The notes under the pieces: generated by a model
Seen by the model: only the letters and a program-made list of their open reading frames with translations
What the model was told of the DNA's origin: nothing
The model's database searches: none
Translations under genes and position numbers: made by a program
NCBI GenBank assembly: GCA_021813145.1
Contig: JAKALS010000004.1
Coordinates: 72,594 to 136,593 of the forward strand
Direction: 5' to 3'
Source of the DNA: a bacterium
GTDB lineage: Bacteria > Patescibacteriota > Microgenomatia > Levybacterales > UBA12049
Length of the DNA: 64,000 bases
Shown here: positions 9,526 through 20,872 of the stretch, in pieces
Layout: every line of letters begins with the position of its first letter
Numbering within the stretch: position 1 is the first letter of the stretch

Positions 9526-9845
9526 TGGGAAGAATTCTGTTTATAGATACAAGCAGCAGTAAGGAAGCATCGGTAACTTTAAGGGAAGACAGAGGGGCCT
9601 TTTGTGTAACTTCTGACGCAACAAAACTCAAATCACAGGTTCTTTTACTTTTAATAGATAAAGTTTTAGAAGATAACGAAATTTCCCTTAGAGACTTGAC
9701 TGGAATCGAAGTTAATTTGGGCCCGGGTTCTTTTACGGGTTTGAGAGTGGGTGTTTCAGTGGGTAATACCCTTGCTTTTGCATTAAAAATTCCTATTAAC
9801 GGCAATAAAGTTGGCGTTTTAGTTGAGCCGTTATATAATAATTAA
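9522..9845 (+). CDS. tsaB: Short-form TsaB-like protein (N-terminal ASKHA half of YeaZ/TsaB)
   Basis: 'ILFIDTSS...' start and 'GPGSFTGLRVGVSVGNTLAFAL' motif typical of TsaB/TsaD; only 107 aa. Confidence 0.55.
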   Translation: MMGRILFIDTSSSKEASVTLREDRGAFCVTSDATKLKSQVLLLLIDKVLEDNEISLRDLTGIEVNLGPGSFTGLRVGVSVGNTLAFALKIPINGNKVGVLVEPLYNN

Positions 9846-9847
9846 GT

Positions 9848-10768
9848 ATGAAGGATTTTATGCGCCATTTATTTTTTCCTCATGTTTCAAATAATTACCG
9901 TCCGAAGCTTCTTCATCATAAAACTTTACTCATTGTTACCCTAATAATATTTTTTGCCGGATTCTCCCTTTCGGCTATAAGGAACACTTTCCCTTCAGTT
10001 CTGGGCACATTCAGTAATATCAGCAATCAACAGCTACTTCTTTTAACAAATGAAAAAAGACAGGAAAACGGTCTTCCGCCTCTTACTTTAAACTCGGAGC
10101 TTGACAGCGCTGCCTTGGCTAAGGCCAACAATATGTTCACAGAGGATTACTGGGCCCATGATTCTCCGGATGGAAAAACGCCTTGGTATTTTATAAAGCA
10201 GGCAGGATATAACTATGTTTATGCGGGAGAAAATCTCGCAAGAGGTTTTACTACCCCTTCCGACGTAGTAAACGCCTGGATGGCAAGCCCTGAGCACAGA
10301 CAGAACATGCTTTCTCCAAATTATACAAATGTGGGTTTCGCGGTAGAAACAGGGAAATTAACGGGAGAAGATACGGTTCTGGTTGTTGAGATGTTTGGAA
10401 GTACTACGCTCGCGGGTTCTACTCAAAATGAATTGGGTAGTCAAAACAATAATACGAAAGAGGTATCTTCCGCAAGCTCGCCCACTCCTCCTGTTGTTAC
10501 AGAAAACAGCGTTCCTAAAAGCGGTACGGTTCTTGATGCGAGCAAAACGCCTATTCCCAGCGTGAAACCCCTGATAGACAGCGCTTCTTTTTCTTCCGAT
10601 ATAGCTCTTTTTATAGTTTCGATTTTTATACTCACTCTTATTCTTGATATGATCGTAATAGAGAGAAAAAAAGTCGTTCGTATTGTCGGACACAACATAG
10701 ACCATATAATGTTTTTGTCTTTGCTTTTGATTCTTATCCTGTTTATGATTAGGGGAGTAATAATATGA
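9848..10768 (+). CDS. CAP/SCP/PR1-like (YkwD-type) secreted domain protein with C-terminal membrane anchor
   Basis: CAP motifs 'TEDYWAHDSPDG', 'GENLARGF', 'VNAWMASPEHRQNML', 'NYTNVGFAV'; N- and C-terminal TM helices. Confidence 0.75.
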   Translation: MKDFMRHLFFPHVSNNYRPKLLHHKTLLIVTLIIFFAGFSLSAIRNTFPSVLGTFSNISNQQLLLLTNEKRQENGLPPLTLNSELDSAALAKANNMFTEDYWAHDSPDGKTPWYFIKQAGYNYVYAGENLARGFTTPSDVVNAWMASPEHRQNMLSPNYTNVGFAVETGKLTGEDTVLVVEMFGSTTLAGSTQNELGSQNNNTKEVSSASSPTPPVVTENSVPKSGTVLDASKTPIPSVKPLIDSASFSSDIALFIVSIFILTLILDMIVIERKKVVRIVGHNIDHIMFLSLLLILILFMIRGVII

Positions 10769-11040
10769 TTAAGAAAAAAATTAACGAACACTTACTGTAT
10801 TACATTTCGCTTTTTATCATTCTTTTTTTAGGTTTTATTTTAATTATTTCTTTATCAGTGAATAAATCTTTACAGCTTGCAGTATTTATAGTACTGGCCC
10901 TTTTCTATGTAATTTGGGGCCTATTACATCATTATATGAATCATGAATTAATGACTAAGGTTGTGGTAGAATATATCCTTATTGCATCACTTGGAGTAGC
11001 AATAATGCTATTTTTGCTAAAAGGAGGTTACGGAATATGA
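10765..11040 (+). CDS. Small integral membrane protein
   Basis: 91 aa, three predicted TM helices; stop/start overlap with the upstream gene. Confidence 0.5.
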   Translation: MIKKKINEHLLYYISLFIILFLGFILIISLSVNKSLQLAVFIVLALFYVIWGLLHHYMNHELMTKVVVEYILIASLGVAIMLFLLKGGYGI

Positions 11041-11079
11041 CCGGTTCGATTTTGAACGGCCGTATTTGAAGATAGAAAT

Positions 11080-11805
11080 ATGAAAGGAGTAATTCTTGCA
11101 GGAGGACTTGGAACAAGACTTTATCCTCTCACACATGTTACCAATAAGCATCTTTTGCCTATTTACGACAAGCCAATGATTTTTTATCCGATAGAAACCC
11201 TTGTGAAAGCCGGAATAACCGAGGTTCTTTTGGTAACAAGCGGTCCACATGTCGGTCATTTTTTGGGTGTTTTAAAAAACGGAAAAGAATTAGGTCTAAA
11301 GCACCTCGAATATGCCTATCAGGAAAAACCGGACGGCGGTATAGCCGACGCGCTTTCTTTAGCCGAAAGTTTTGCAGACGGCCAGAGCCTTGCGGTTATC
11401 CTAGGCGATAATACTACAGACTCCGATATTTCCGAGGATGTCAAAAATTTTAAAGAGGGAGCTCTTATTTTTCTAAAGAAAGTAGAAGATCCCAAACGTT
11501 TCGGGGTCGCTGTTTTTGATGAGAAAGACAAAAGTAAGGTTATAGCCATAGAGGAAAAACCTCAAAATCCGAAAAGCGATATGGCCGTTACAGGACTTTA
11601 TTTATACGATTCAAAGGTTTTCGACATTATTCATAGTATCAGGCCTTCAGATAGAGGTGAGCTTGAAATAACAGACGTTAACAATACCTATATCAATGAA
11701 GGACAATTAAGATGGGCAGAGCTTAAAGGCTTTTGGAGCGATGCGGGTACTTTCGACAGTTTGGCTGCGGCCAATTATTATTGGGCAAAAAAGGGTGGTA
11801 AATAA
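11080..11805 (+). CDS. rmlA: Glucose-1-phosphate thymidylyltransferase, short form (sugar nucleotidyltransferase)
   Basis: 'MKGVILAGGLGTRLYPLT...KHLLPIYDKPMIFYPIE' signature of RmlA-type NTP-transferases; 241 aa. Confidence 0.8.
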   Translation: MKGVILAGGLGTRLYPLTHVTNKHLLPIYDKPMIFYPIETLVKAGITEVLLVTSGPHVGHFLGVLKNGKELGLKHLEYAYQEKPDGGIADALSLAESFADGQSLAVILGDNTTDSDISEDVKNFKEGALIFLKKVEDPKRFGVAVFDEKDKSKVIAIEEKPQNPKSDMAVTGLYLYDSKVFDIIHSIRPSDRGELEITDVNNTYINEGQLRWAELKGFWSDAGTFDSLAAANYYWAKKGGK

Positions 11806-12818
11806 TGAAAATTTTGGTCACCGGCGGGGCGGGATTTATAGGTTCTAATTTTATCCTCTATTGGCTTAAGAATCATCCCCAAGATTTAGTCATAAACTTG
11901 GATAAGCTTACTTATGCAGGCAATCTCGAAAATCTCAAAGACATAAAAGATAATAAGAATTATTCTTTTATGCACGGGGATATATGTGATAGGGAAATTG
12001 TGGATAAGGCGATGGAGGGAGTAGGTCTTGTAGTCCATTTTGCTGCCGAAAGTCATGTCGACAGGTCGATAATGAACCCTTCCGAATTTGTAAAAACAAA
12101 CGTTTTAGGCACACAAGTCCTTTTAGACAGTGCTTTAAAGAATAAAATAAAGAGATTTCATCATATTTCAACGGATGAGGTTTTCGGAAGCCTTAAACTT
12201 AATGATTTGAGTATTTTTAATGAACGAACAAATTATAACCCCAGAAGCCCTTATGCAGCAAGTAAAGCTGGGTCAGATCATTTAGTAAAAGCCTATCATG
12301 TAACCTATGGTCTTCCTGTTACAATTTCCAATTGTTCAAATAATTTCGGACCATATCAATTTCCGGAAAAATTTATTCCTCTGGCTATTACAAACCTTTT
12401 GGAAGGTAAAAAAGTTCCCGTTTATGGCGACGGTCTTTATGTAAGAGATTGGTTATATGTAGAAGACCATTGCCGGGCAATAGACCTGATCTTGGAAAAA
12501 GGGACAGTCGGCGAAACATACTGTATAGGAGGGCTTACGCAAGACATCAATAATCTTGAAGTGGTAAAAAAGATTCTGAAAATATTAGGAGAAGGAGAAG
12601 AAAAGATAGAATACGTAAAAGACAGACCCGGACACGACAGAAGATATGCGTTGGATTGGTCAAAAATTAAAGATGAACTCGGGTGGGAACCTTTATACGG
12701 TTTTGACGAATGGCTTAAAAAAACCGTTGAATGGTACAAAAAAAACAGGCAGTGGTGGACAAATGTAAAAAACGGCGAATACAAAACATACTATAAAAAA
12801 CTGTATGGGAGGCCTTAA
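11805..12818 (+). CDS. rmlB: dTDP-glucose 4,6-dehydratase
   Basis: 'MKILVTGGAGFIGSNF', catalytic 'SPYAASKAGSDHL' (YxxxK), 337 aa SDR. Confidence 0.9.
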   Translation: MKILVTGGAGFIGSNFILYWLKNHPQDLVINLDKLTYAGNLENLKDIKDNKNYSFMHGDICDREIVDKAMEGVGLVVHFAAESHVDRSIMNPSEFVKTNVLGTQVLLDSALKNKIKRFHHISTDEVFGSLKLNDLSIFNERTNYNPRSPYAASKAGSDHLVKAYHVTYGLPVTISNCSNNFGPYQFPEKFIPLAITNLLEGKKVPVYGDGLYVRDWLYVEDHCRAIDLILEKGTVGETYCIGGLTQDINNLEVVKKILKILGEGEEKIEYVKDRPGHDRRYALDWSKIKDELGWEPLYGFDEWLKKTVEWYKKNRQWWTNVKNGEYKTYYKKLYGRP

Positions 12819-12820
12819 TA

Positions 12821-13735
12821 ATGAAAGTGTTAATGACCGGTTCCTCGGGCCTTGTCGGAACGAGAATAAAAGATCTTTTAGACTACGAATTTGAGGATAT
12901 AAACAGAAGGCACGGAGTGGATATTGCAGATAAAAATTCTCTCTTTAAAAAAGTAGCTTCTTCAAATGCCCGAATTCTTCTTCATCTTGCGGCAAAAACG
13001 GACGTAGATACTTGTGAAAAAGATAGGGAAATTGATGAAAAATTCCTGCAACAAAATAATCCGGACAGAGATTTATGGCTAAAATCACAGACAGCATGGG
13101 GAATAAATGTTTTGGGAACAAAAAATGTTGTGGATGCATGCAGAAAATACAATAAAAAACTTATATATATATCAACGGACTTTGTTTTCGACGGAACAAA
13201 AGAAGATGGATACACGGAAGAAGATAAGGAAAATCCTCTAAACTGGTATGGGAAAACAAAATTCGAGGCTGAAAAAACGGTAAGGGAATCCGGAATAAAT
13301 TGGGCAATAGCAAGAATTGCATATCCTTACAGAGCGGAGTTTGTCGAAAAAAAAGATTTCGTCAGAACAATTCTTGAAAGACTACAAGCCGGAAAAGCTG
13401 TTTATATGATTACGGATCACATTATGACACCTACTTTTGTTGATGATTTTGTTTTAGCGGTTGATACACTTATAAAAAATAATTCGGAAGGCACTTTCCA
13501 TACGGTTGGAGAAAGTTTTATTTCTCCTTATGATGCGGCAAATCTAATTGCGGAAAGGTTTGATCTTAACAAAGGCCTAATTTTTAAAACAACAAGAGAT
13601 ATTTATTTTAAGGGAAAAGCCGAAAGGCCCTTTTTTCTAGGCCTTAAAAATGATAAAATCACAAAGTTAGGGCAAAAAATGAGAGCGTTTGAGGAAGGAT
13701 TGGATGTAATCCAGAAACAGCTCCGGGATAAATAA
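12821..13735 (+). CDS. dTDP-4-dehydro-6-deoxyhexose reductase (RmlD-like)
   Basis: 'MKVLMTGSSGLVGTRI' Rossmann start, RmlD-like length; no rmlC epimerase in the window. Confidence 0.6.
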   Translation: MKVLMTGSSGLVGTRIKDLLDYEFEDINRRHGVDIADKNSLFKKVASSNARILLHLAAKTDVDTCEKDREIDEKFLQQNNPDRDLWLKSQTAWGINVLGTKNVVDACRKYNKKLIYISTDFVFDGTKEDGYTEEDKENPLNWYGKTKFEAEKTVRESGINWAIARIAYPYRAEFVEKKDFVRTILERLQAGKAVYMITDHIMTPTFVDDFVLAVDTLIKNNSEGTFHTVGESFISPYDAANLIAERFDLNKGLIFKTTRDIYFKGKAERPFFLGLKNDKITKLGQKMRAFEEGLDVIQKQLRDK

Positions 13736-13737
13736 AT

Positions 13738-15027
13738 ATGACTGTAACATTTATAGGACACGGCTATGTTGGACTTGTGACAGCTGCCGTATTTGCGGAT
13801 TTTGGCAATACGGTTTATGTGATAGGTCATACAAAAGAAAAAATCGAGAACCTCAAAAAAGGAATAATACCGATTTATGAGCCCGGACTTGAAGAATTGG
13901 TCAAAAAAAATGTAGACTCGGGAAGATTAATTTTTACCCTTGATTATAAACCCGCAATATCAGAATCAGATATCGTTTTTATTGCTGTAGGTACGCCTAC
14001 AACAAAGACAGGCGATGCCGATCTTTCTGCGGTTTTGGCGGTGGCAGAAGAAATAGGAAGAAATTTGGAAGGTTATACGGTTGTGGCTACAAAAAGTACC
14101 GTTCCGGCGGGAACAAACAAAAAAGTAAAAAGAATACTTGAAGAAACAAAGCCGGAGGGAACAGAAATTGACTATGCTTCGGTTCCGGAATTTTTAAGGG
14201 AGGGAAGTGCAATTTCAGATACAACAAACCCGGACAGGGTAGTGATAGGCGCAGAAAGTCAGAGAGCAAGGGATTTACTGGTAAAACTCCATGAACCGAT
14301 TAAAGCTCCGGTAATACTTACAAATTTCGAAACGGCAGAGCTTATAAAATATGCAGCAAATGCTTTTTTGGCTCTTAAAATCTCCTATGCAAACTCTATT
14401 GCCAAGCTTTCCGAGGCTTTGGGGGCAGATGCACTAAAGGTTTTAGAGGGAATAGGAATGGATAGAAGAATCGGAAACATGTTTCTTTCTCCGGGTCCCG
14501 GATACGGAGGGAGCTGTTTTCCGAAAGACGTTAAAGCTCTTATTTCTATAGCTAAAGATAATGATTATCCTTTTTCTCTTTTGGAAGAAGTTGAAAATAT
14601 TAATGGCCAATCACGAAGAGATATTGTAAGAAAAGCAAGAAAAACTTTAAGCGATTTAAGAGGTAAGAAAATAGGAATACTGGGCCTTGCCTTTAAAGCT
14701 AATACCGATGACATGAGGGATGCTCCGGCTATAGACATCATCAATTTATTGCAGAACGACGGGGCAAAAATTTCTGCTTTCGATCCTAAGGCAATGGAGA
14801 TTGCTGCGGGTGTTTTAAAGAATGTAGATTATAAAAAAGATGCCTACCAAGCATGCGATGGCGCAGATTTAGTCATTGTTCTTACCGAATGGAATGAATT
14901 CAGAGAGTTGGACTTCGAAAAGATAAAATCTGAAATGAAAACGCCGAACATTATTGACGGAAGAAATCTTTATGACCCGGAAGAAATGAAAGCAAGAGGA
15001 TTTACATATATAGGTGTAGGAAGATAA
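13738..15027 (+). CDS. ugd: UDP-glucose 6-dehydrogenase
   Basis: 'MTVTFIGHGYVGLVTAAVFA', catalytic Cys block 'GYGGSCFPKDV'. Confidence 0.9.
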   Translation: MTVTFIGHGYVGLVTAAVFADFGNTVYVIGHTKEKIENLKKGIIPIYEPGLEELVKKNVDSGRLIFTLDYKPAISESDIVFIAVGTPTTKTGDADLSAVLAVAEEIGRNLEGYTVVATKSTVPAGTNKKVKRILEETKPEGTEIDYASVPEFLREGSAISDTTNPDRVVIGAESQRARDLLVKLHEPIKAPVILTNFETAELIKYAANAFLALKISYANSIAKLSEALGADALKVLEGIGMDRRIGNMFLSPGPGYGGSCFPKDVKALISIAKDNDYPFSLLEEVENINGQSRRDIVRKARKTLSDLRGKKIGILGLAFKANTDDMRDAPAIDIINLLQNDGAKISAFDPKAMEIAAGVLKNVDYKKDAYQACDGADLVIVLTEWNEFRELDFEKIKSEMKTPNIIDGRNLYDPEEMKARGFTYIGVGR

Positions 15028-15031
15028 TTTT

Positions 15032-15994
15032 ATGTCCAAAAAAATTCTTATCACCGGAATCTCCGGCTTCGTAGGAAGCCACCTTGCCGAACTTCTCCTT
15101 TCAAAAAACTTTGCCCAAATTTATGGAACTTATCTATCGGACTCCGGTTTTACCAATCTTGAAGGCTTTAAAGAAAAAGTAGAACTGATACATGTCGATC
15201 TTTCTGACGAGGAAAAAGTTGATGCTCTCATAAAAGATATAAAACCTGATATTATTTATCATCTTGCTGCTGCGGCTTCGGTTGCTCAAAGTTTTTCTTC
15301 TCCGGCAAAACCCGTTTTAAACAATATTTCTTCGCAGATAAATATTCTAGAAGCCTTAAAAAAGTACGAGCTTTTTGATACTAAAATTCTTGTCGTATCA
15401 TCCGCCGAGGTTTACGGAGACGTCTCATCGGAATTTTTACCTATCGATGAAAGTACCCCGTTTAAGCCTACAAATCCTTACGCGGTTTCAAAACTTACAC
15501 AGGATTTTTTGGGACTCCAGTATTTTCTTTCTTACGGAATAAAAGCCGTAAGAGTAAGACCATTTAACCATATAGGTCCAAGACAAAGCCCGAATTTTGT
15601 AGTAGCGGCATTTGCAAAAAAAATTGTAGAAATAGAAAAAGGTAAAAGGGAAAATATTCTGACGGTAGGAAATCTCGATGCTAAAAGGGATTTTACCGAC
15701 GTGAGAGACATGGTAAAAGCTTATGCCCTGGCGATGGAAAAAGGCAAAGACGGAGATGTCTATAATCTCGGTTCGGGAGTGTCGTATAAAATAAAAGATG
15801 TCCTTGATAAAATGCTTTCTTTGTCTAGTGTCGATATTAAGGTAGAAACGGACAGATCATTATTGCGTCCCATCGATAACCCCGATCTTGTCTGTAACCC
15901 TAATAAATTTAAAAAGCTTACAGGGTGGAAAACGGAAATATCTCTTGAAAAAACAGTCAAAGACACTCTGGACTATTGGAGAGAGATAATCTAA
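15032..15994 (+). CDS. GDP-4-dehydro-6-deoxy-D-mannose reductase-like NAD-dependent epimerase/dehydratase (Rmd-like)
   Basis: SDR with 'ILITGISGFVGSHLAELL' and 'NPYAVSKLTQDFL'; immediately upstream of gmd. Confidence 0.55.
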   Translation: MSKKILITGISGFVGSHLAELLLSKNFAQIYGTYLSDSGFTNLEGFKEKVELIHVDLSDEEKVDALIKDIKPDIIYHLAAAASVAQSFSSPAKPVLNNISSQINILEALKKYELFDTKILVVSSAEVYGDVSSEFLPIDESTPFKPTNPYAVSKLTQDFLGLQYFLSYGIKAVRVRPFNHIGPRQSPNFVVAAFAKKIVEIEKGKRENILTVGNLDAKRDFTDVRDMVKAYALAMEKGKDGDVYNLGSGVSYKIKDVLDKMLSLSSVDIKVETDRSLLRPIDNPDLVCNPNKFKKLTGWKTEISLEKTVKDTLDYWREII

Positions 15995-15999
15995 AATAA

Positions 16000-16980
<981 letters not shown>

Positions 16981-16981
16981 T

Positions 16982-17932
16982 ATGCAGACAGTTCTGGTTG
17001 CAGGAGGTGGAGGATTCATCGGTTCCCATCTTTGCAAAAGTTTACTCTCCGATAACTTCAAAGTAATTTGCGTAGATAATTTTGTTACAAGTAATAAAAG
17101 AAATGTTGAGGAACTGTTGCCGGATAAAAATTTCAGGCTTATAGAGCAGGATATAACAAAATCTTTTGAACCGGGGGAAAAAATAGACTTTATTTTTCAT
17201 CTTGCTTCTCCGGCTTCCCCCAATGCCAAAAGTCCGAGAAGCTATATTAACTTTCCTGTAGAAACACTTCTTGCCAATTCCCAGGGCACACATATGCTCT
17301 TGGATTTGGCGAGAGAAAACAAGAGTAAATTTTTATATGTTTCGTCTTCCGAGATTTACGGTGATCCCGAAGTTTCGCCCCAGAAAGAGGATTATTTCGG
17401 GAATGTCAATCCGAATGGACCAAGATCCGTATATGACGAATCAAAAAGGTTTGGGGAAGCCATAACAATGGCGTATTTCAGAAAATTCGGACTGAATATA
17501 AGAATAATCAGGATTTTCAATACGTACGGGCCAAAAATGCAAAAAGACGACGGAAGGGTTGTTTCAAATTTTATAAATCAAGCCCTTTGGGAAAAAGATT
17601 TTACTATTTACGGCGACGGAAGCCAGACAAGAAGCTTTTGTTATGTAGATGATATGGTTTCGGGACTTAAGCTTGCAATGTTTAAAGACGGAACGCAGGG
17701 AAAAGTATACAATCTTGGAAATCCCGATGAACGATCTGTAAAAGAACTTGCAGATATAATAAAAAAACTTACGGGGTCTGAATCTAAAATAATTTTTGAG
17801 GAACTTCCATTTGACGATCCTAAAACCAGAAGGCCCGATATCGAAAGAGCAAAAGAAGAACTCGGATGGGAACCTATGGTCCGTCTTGAAGAAGGCCTTC
17901 AAAGGACAATAGAATATTTTAGAAGTTTGTGA
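16982..17932 (+). CDS. uxs: UDP-glucuronate decarboxylase (UDP-xylose synthase)
   Basis: 'MQTVLVAGGGGFIGSHLC', 'YDESKRFGEAI'; start at ATG 16982 directly after the gmd stop. Confidence 0.85.
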   Translation: MQTVLVAGGGGFIGSHLCKSLLSDNFKVICVDNFVTSNKRNVEELLPDKNFRLIEQDITKSFEPGEKIDFIFHLASPASPNAKSPRSYINFPVETLLANSQGTHMLLDLARENKSKFLYVSSSEIYGDPEVSPQKEDYFGNVNPNGPRSVYDESKRFGEAITMAYFRKFGLNIRIIRIFNTYGPKMQKDDGRVVSNFINQALWEKDFTIYGDGSQTRSFCYVDDMVSGLKLAMFKDGTQGKVYNLGNPDERSVKELADIIKKLTGSESKIIFEELPFDDPKTRRPDIERAKEELGWEPMVRLEEGLQRTIEYFRSL

Positions 17933-17948
17933 TTTAATATAAGTAGCA

Positions 17949-19082
17949 ATGAAAGTAGTAATAATAATTCCTACATATAACGAGAAGGGCAACATAGAGA
18001 GATTAATTAAAATTTTAGAAGAAGAAATTTTTCCTCAAATAAAAAACCACGATATGAACATTCTTATTGCAGATGACAGTTCCCCGGACGGAACGGAGCA
18101 GGTGGTCAGAGAACTCATGAAAAAATGGGAGAATATTGACATAAATATAGGGGAAAAACATGGTCTGGGAGCGGCTTATGTAAGAGCTATGACTTATGCG
18201 ATAGATAAGATGGATGCAGATGTTATGTTTGAAATGGATGCCGACCTTTCCCACGATCCTCAAAAAATCCCGGCTTTCTTGGAAAAAATTGATCAGGGGT
18301 ATGATTTTGTAATAGGCACACGTTACAGTCAGGGTGGCTCTATCCCGGCAAATTGGGGTATAAGCAGAAAAATGTTTTCCGTATTCGGCAATCTTCTTGT
18401 TAGAACAATATTGTTGAAGTTTTCTATACATGATTGGACAGGCGGATACAGGGCGATTAAAAAAGAAGTGTTTTTAAAAGAAAAAAGTGAGCTCACCGCG
18501 TTTAGAGGATACACTTTTCAAGTATCTTTTCTTAATAAGGCCGTGAGGGACGGATTTAAGGTGGCCGAAGTGCCTATTGCGTTTACAGACAGGACTTTGG
18601 GTAAATCAAAAATTGCCGCAAAAGAATACATAATTGATCTATTGAAATACGTAATTACAGCAAGTATAAAAGAAAAACTTTTCGGTCCTTTCGGTAAATT
18701 CCTGGTTGTAGGAGGAATAGGGTTTATAATCCAGACCGTTCTTTATTATCTTTTAGTGCATAATACCAACCTTTTATTGGGAATCGCTAATTTTATAGCT
18801 GCCCAGTTTGCCATTTTTTCCAATTATAATTTAAATAATTTATGGACTTTTGGCGAGAGGAAGTCAAAGGGGATTAAAGAATATTTTGCAAAAATGATAG
18901 GTTTTTTTGCCACATCGGAATTAGGAGTTTTTATAATACAGTCGGGAATAATTCAATTATGCCAGATTTTATTCGGAAGAAAATATGCTTTCGAGTATTA
19001 TATATTTGCAACTATAATACTTCTGTTTTATAATTTTGGAGCGTATAATTTAATCATTTGGCGAAAAAAACCTCATAAATGA
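17949..19082 (+). CDS. Polyprenyl-phosphate glycosyltransferase (GT2, Dpm1/ArnC-like) fused to a C-terminal GtrA-like membrane domain
   Basis: 'VIIIPTYNEKGNIERLI', 'ADDSSPDGT', 'DADLSH' GT2 motifs plus four C-terminal TM helices. Confidence 0.8.
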   Translation: MKVVIIIPTYNEKGNIERLIKILEEEIFPQIKNHDMNILIADDSSPDGTEQVVRELMKKWENIDINIGEKHGLGAAYVRAMTYAIDKMDADVMFEMDADLSHDPQKIPAFLEKIDQGYDFVIGTRYSQGGSIPANWGISRKMFSVFGNLLVRTILLKFSIHDWTGGYRAIKKEVFLKEKSELTAFRGYTFQVSFLNKAVRDGFKVAEVPIAFTDRTLGKSKIAAKEYIIDLLKYVITASIKEKLFGPFGKFLVVGGIGFIIQTVLYYLLVHNTNLLLGIANFIAAQFAIFSNYNLNNLWTFGERKSKGIKEYFAKMIGFFATSELGVFIIQSGIIQLCQILFGRKYAFEYYIFATIILLFYNFGAYNLIIWRKKPHK

Positions 19083-20662
19083 AGTTCATAAATTGGTTTA
19101 AGAAAAATCCCGAAAAGTTGCTGCTTGTTGTCATTTTGTTGACTGCGGCTTTTTTAAGGCTCTACAGAATTCAGGATTACATGACCTTTTTGGGAGACGA
19201 GGGAAGGGATGTCCTTGTAGTTTACGGAATTTTGCACGGGCACCTTACTCTCTTGGGTCCCACCGCATCCGTCGGGGGTTTTTTCCTTGGACCCATTTAT
19301 TACTATTTTATGGCTCCATTCCTCTGGTTATTTAATTATAATCCTGTGGGTCCCGCCGTAATGGTAGCTTTATTCGGAATCGCGACAGTTTGGCTCGTTT
19401 ACAAATTCTCTGAAGAATTTTTCGGTAAAGAGGTTGGAATAATAAGCTCTTTATTATATGCAATATCTCCCCTGGTAATCGAATATTCTCGGTCTTCGTG
19501 GAATCCCAATCCTCTCCCTTTTTTCTCGCTGCTTGGTCTTTATGTCCTTTACAGAGGTGTGGTAAGTGGTAAGCTGAGAAATTTCTTTATTGCAGGTATT
19601 CTTCTTGGTATTTCTATGCAGCTTCATTATCTGGCCACTTTTCTGGCTCTAATAATGATTTTATATGTTTTGTTCTCCGAAATCTTTAGGATAAAAAATG
19701 ATTGGATAAATTTAATTAAATCTTTGCTTATAAAATATCTTTATTCGTTTGCAGGTTTTCTTATCGGTTGGTCGCTTTTTCTTGCTTTTGAAATAAGGCA
19801 CGGTTTTCCGGACTTTAAAAGCATTATCAACTTTATTTTTCACTCGGGAAATACGGGGCCAAGTACAGGATTTTTACCTATTGTATCGAATGTTTTTTTC
19901 AGATTATTCGGAAGGCTGATAGCTTATTTTCCTTCTCCCGATCAATATTTTCATTACAATCCTTTTGCCCTGAATTTATGGATCTTATTTACTTTGATGC
20001 TTGCTTTATTCAGCACTTTTCTTTTAGTGGTTAAACTGTTCAAGAGCTTCAGGGAGAAGAGCGAAAACTTCAATAAATACCTTCTTCTTTTTATGTGGAT
20101 TTTTGCAGGAGTGGTTCTTTTCGGATTTTATAAAAAAGATATTTATGATTATTATTTCGCCTTTATGTTTCCCCTGCCGTTTATTCTGACAGGTTTGTTT
20201 ATTTGGAATATTTTCAGTTTTAATAAATTCAAAATTCTTGCAAAAGGTCTCGCCGTGGGTCTATTTTTAGTTTTGTTTTTGTTGAACATTTCGGGGATTC
20301 CATTCAGATATCAACCTAATAGACAATTAAATCAGATGGAAACGATATCAAGATTTGTAATGGACAAGACAGGAGGAAAGCCTTTTAATTTTGCCCTGAT
20401 AACGGGTAGCAACTCCGATTTTGCTTACCGTTATTTCTTTACGCTTTGGGGAAATCCTCCTGTTACTATACAAAATTCAGTAATTGATCCTAAAAGAACA
20501 ACGGTAACTAGCCAACTTATGGTTGTTTGCGAAAGCCTTCCCTGTCAGCCTTTGGGAAATTCATTGTGGGAAATCGCAGGTTTTGGCAGGGCAAATATAG
20601 CAGGTCATTGGAATGTTTCGGTTGTAGAGGTGTATAGGTTGGTGCATTATAAGGGTAAGTAG
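19079..20662 (+). CDS. GT-C fold membrane glycosyltransferase (ArnT/PMT-like, family 39/83-like)
   Basis: 527-aa polytopic membrane protein, first-loop acidic motif 'FLGDEGRD'; overlaps the upstream GT2 stop. Confidence 0.6.
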   Translation: MKFINWFKKNPEKLLLVVILLTAAFLRLYRIQDYMTFLGDEGRDVLVVYGILHGHLTLLGPTASVGGFFLGPIYYYFMAPFLWLFNYNPVGPAVMVALFGIATVWLVYKFSEEFFGKEVGIISSLLYAISPLVIEYSRSSWNPNPLPFFSLLGLYVLYRGVVSGKLRNFFIAGILLGISMQLHYLATFLALIMILYVLFSEIFRIKNDWINLIKSLLIKYLYSFAGFLIGWSLFLAFEIRHGFPDFKSIINFIFHSGNTGPSTGFLPIVSNVFFRLFGRLIAYFPSPDQYFHYNPFALNLWILFTLMLALFSTFLLVVKLFKSFREKSENFNKYLLLFMWIFAGVVLFGFYKKDIYDYYFAFMFPLPFILTGLFIWNIFSFNKFKILAKGLAVGLFLVLFLLNISGIPFRYQPNRQLNQMETISRFVMDKTGGKPFNFALITGSNSDFAYRYFFTLWGNPPVTIQNSVIDPKRTTVTSQLMVVCESLPCQPLGNSLWEIAGFGRANIAGHWNVSVVEVYRLVHYKGK

Positions 20663-20664
20663 CC

Positions 20665-20814
20665 GTGGAAAAACCTTCAAGCGAAAAGGAAAAATTCAGA
20701 AAAGGCTTAAGACTTCAGCCTTGCCGTAATTGCGGATTTTTAATGGGAGATATGCCGGGTTCAAGAGACGCTTACTGTAAAAACTGCGGATATAAAGACC
20801 CCTGCTGCGAATAA
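20665..20814 (+). CDS. Zinc-ribbon microprotein (49 aa, GTG start)
   Basis: CxxC-x17-CxxC 'CRNCGF...CKNCGY'; ends at an intrinsic terminator; not in the ORF track. Confidence 0.4.
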   Translation: MEKPSSEKEKFRKGLRLQPCRNCGFLMGDMPGSRDAYCKNCGYKDPCCE

Positions 20815-20862
20815 AAAAAACCCCGGATTATTAGTAGAACTAGATAACGCGGGGTTTTTCTA
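20813..20862. terminator. Bidirectional intrinsic terminator between convergent microprotein genes
   Basis: A-run, 7-bp stem AACCCCG/CGGGGTT, then TTTTT. Confidence 0.6.
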
Positions 20863-20872
20863 TTCAAAGAAA

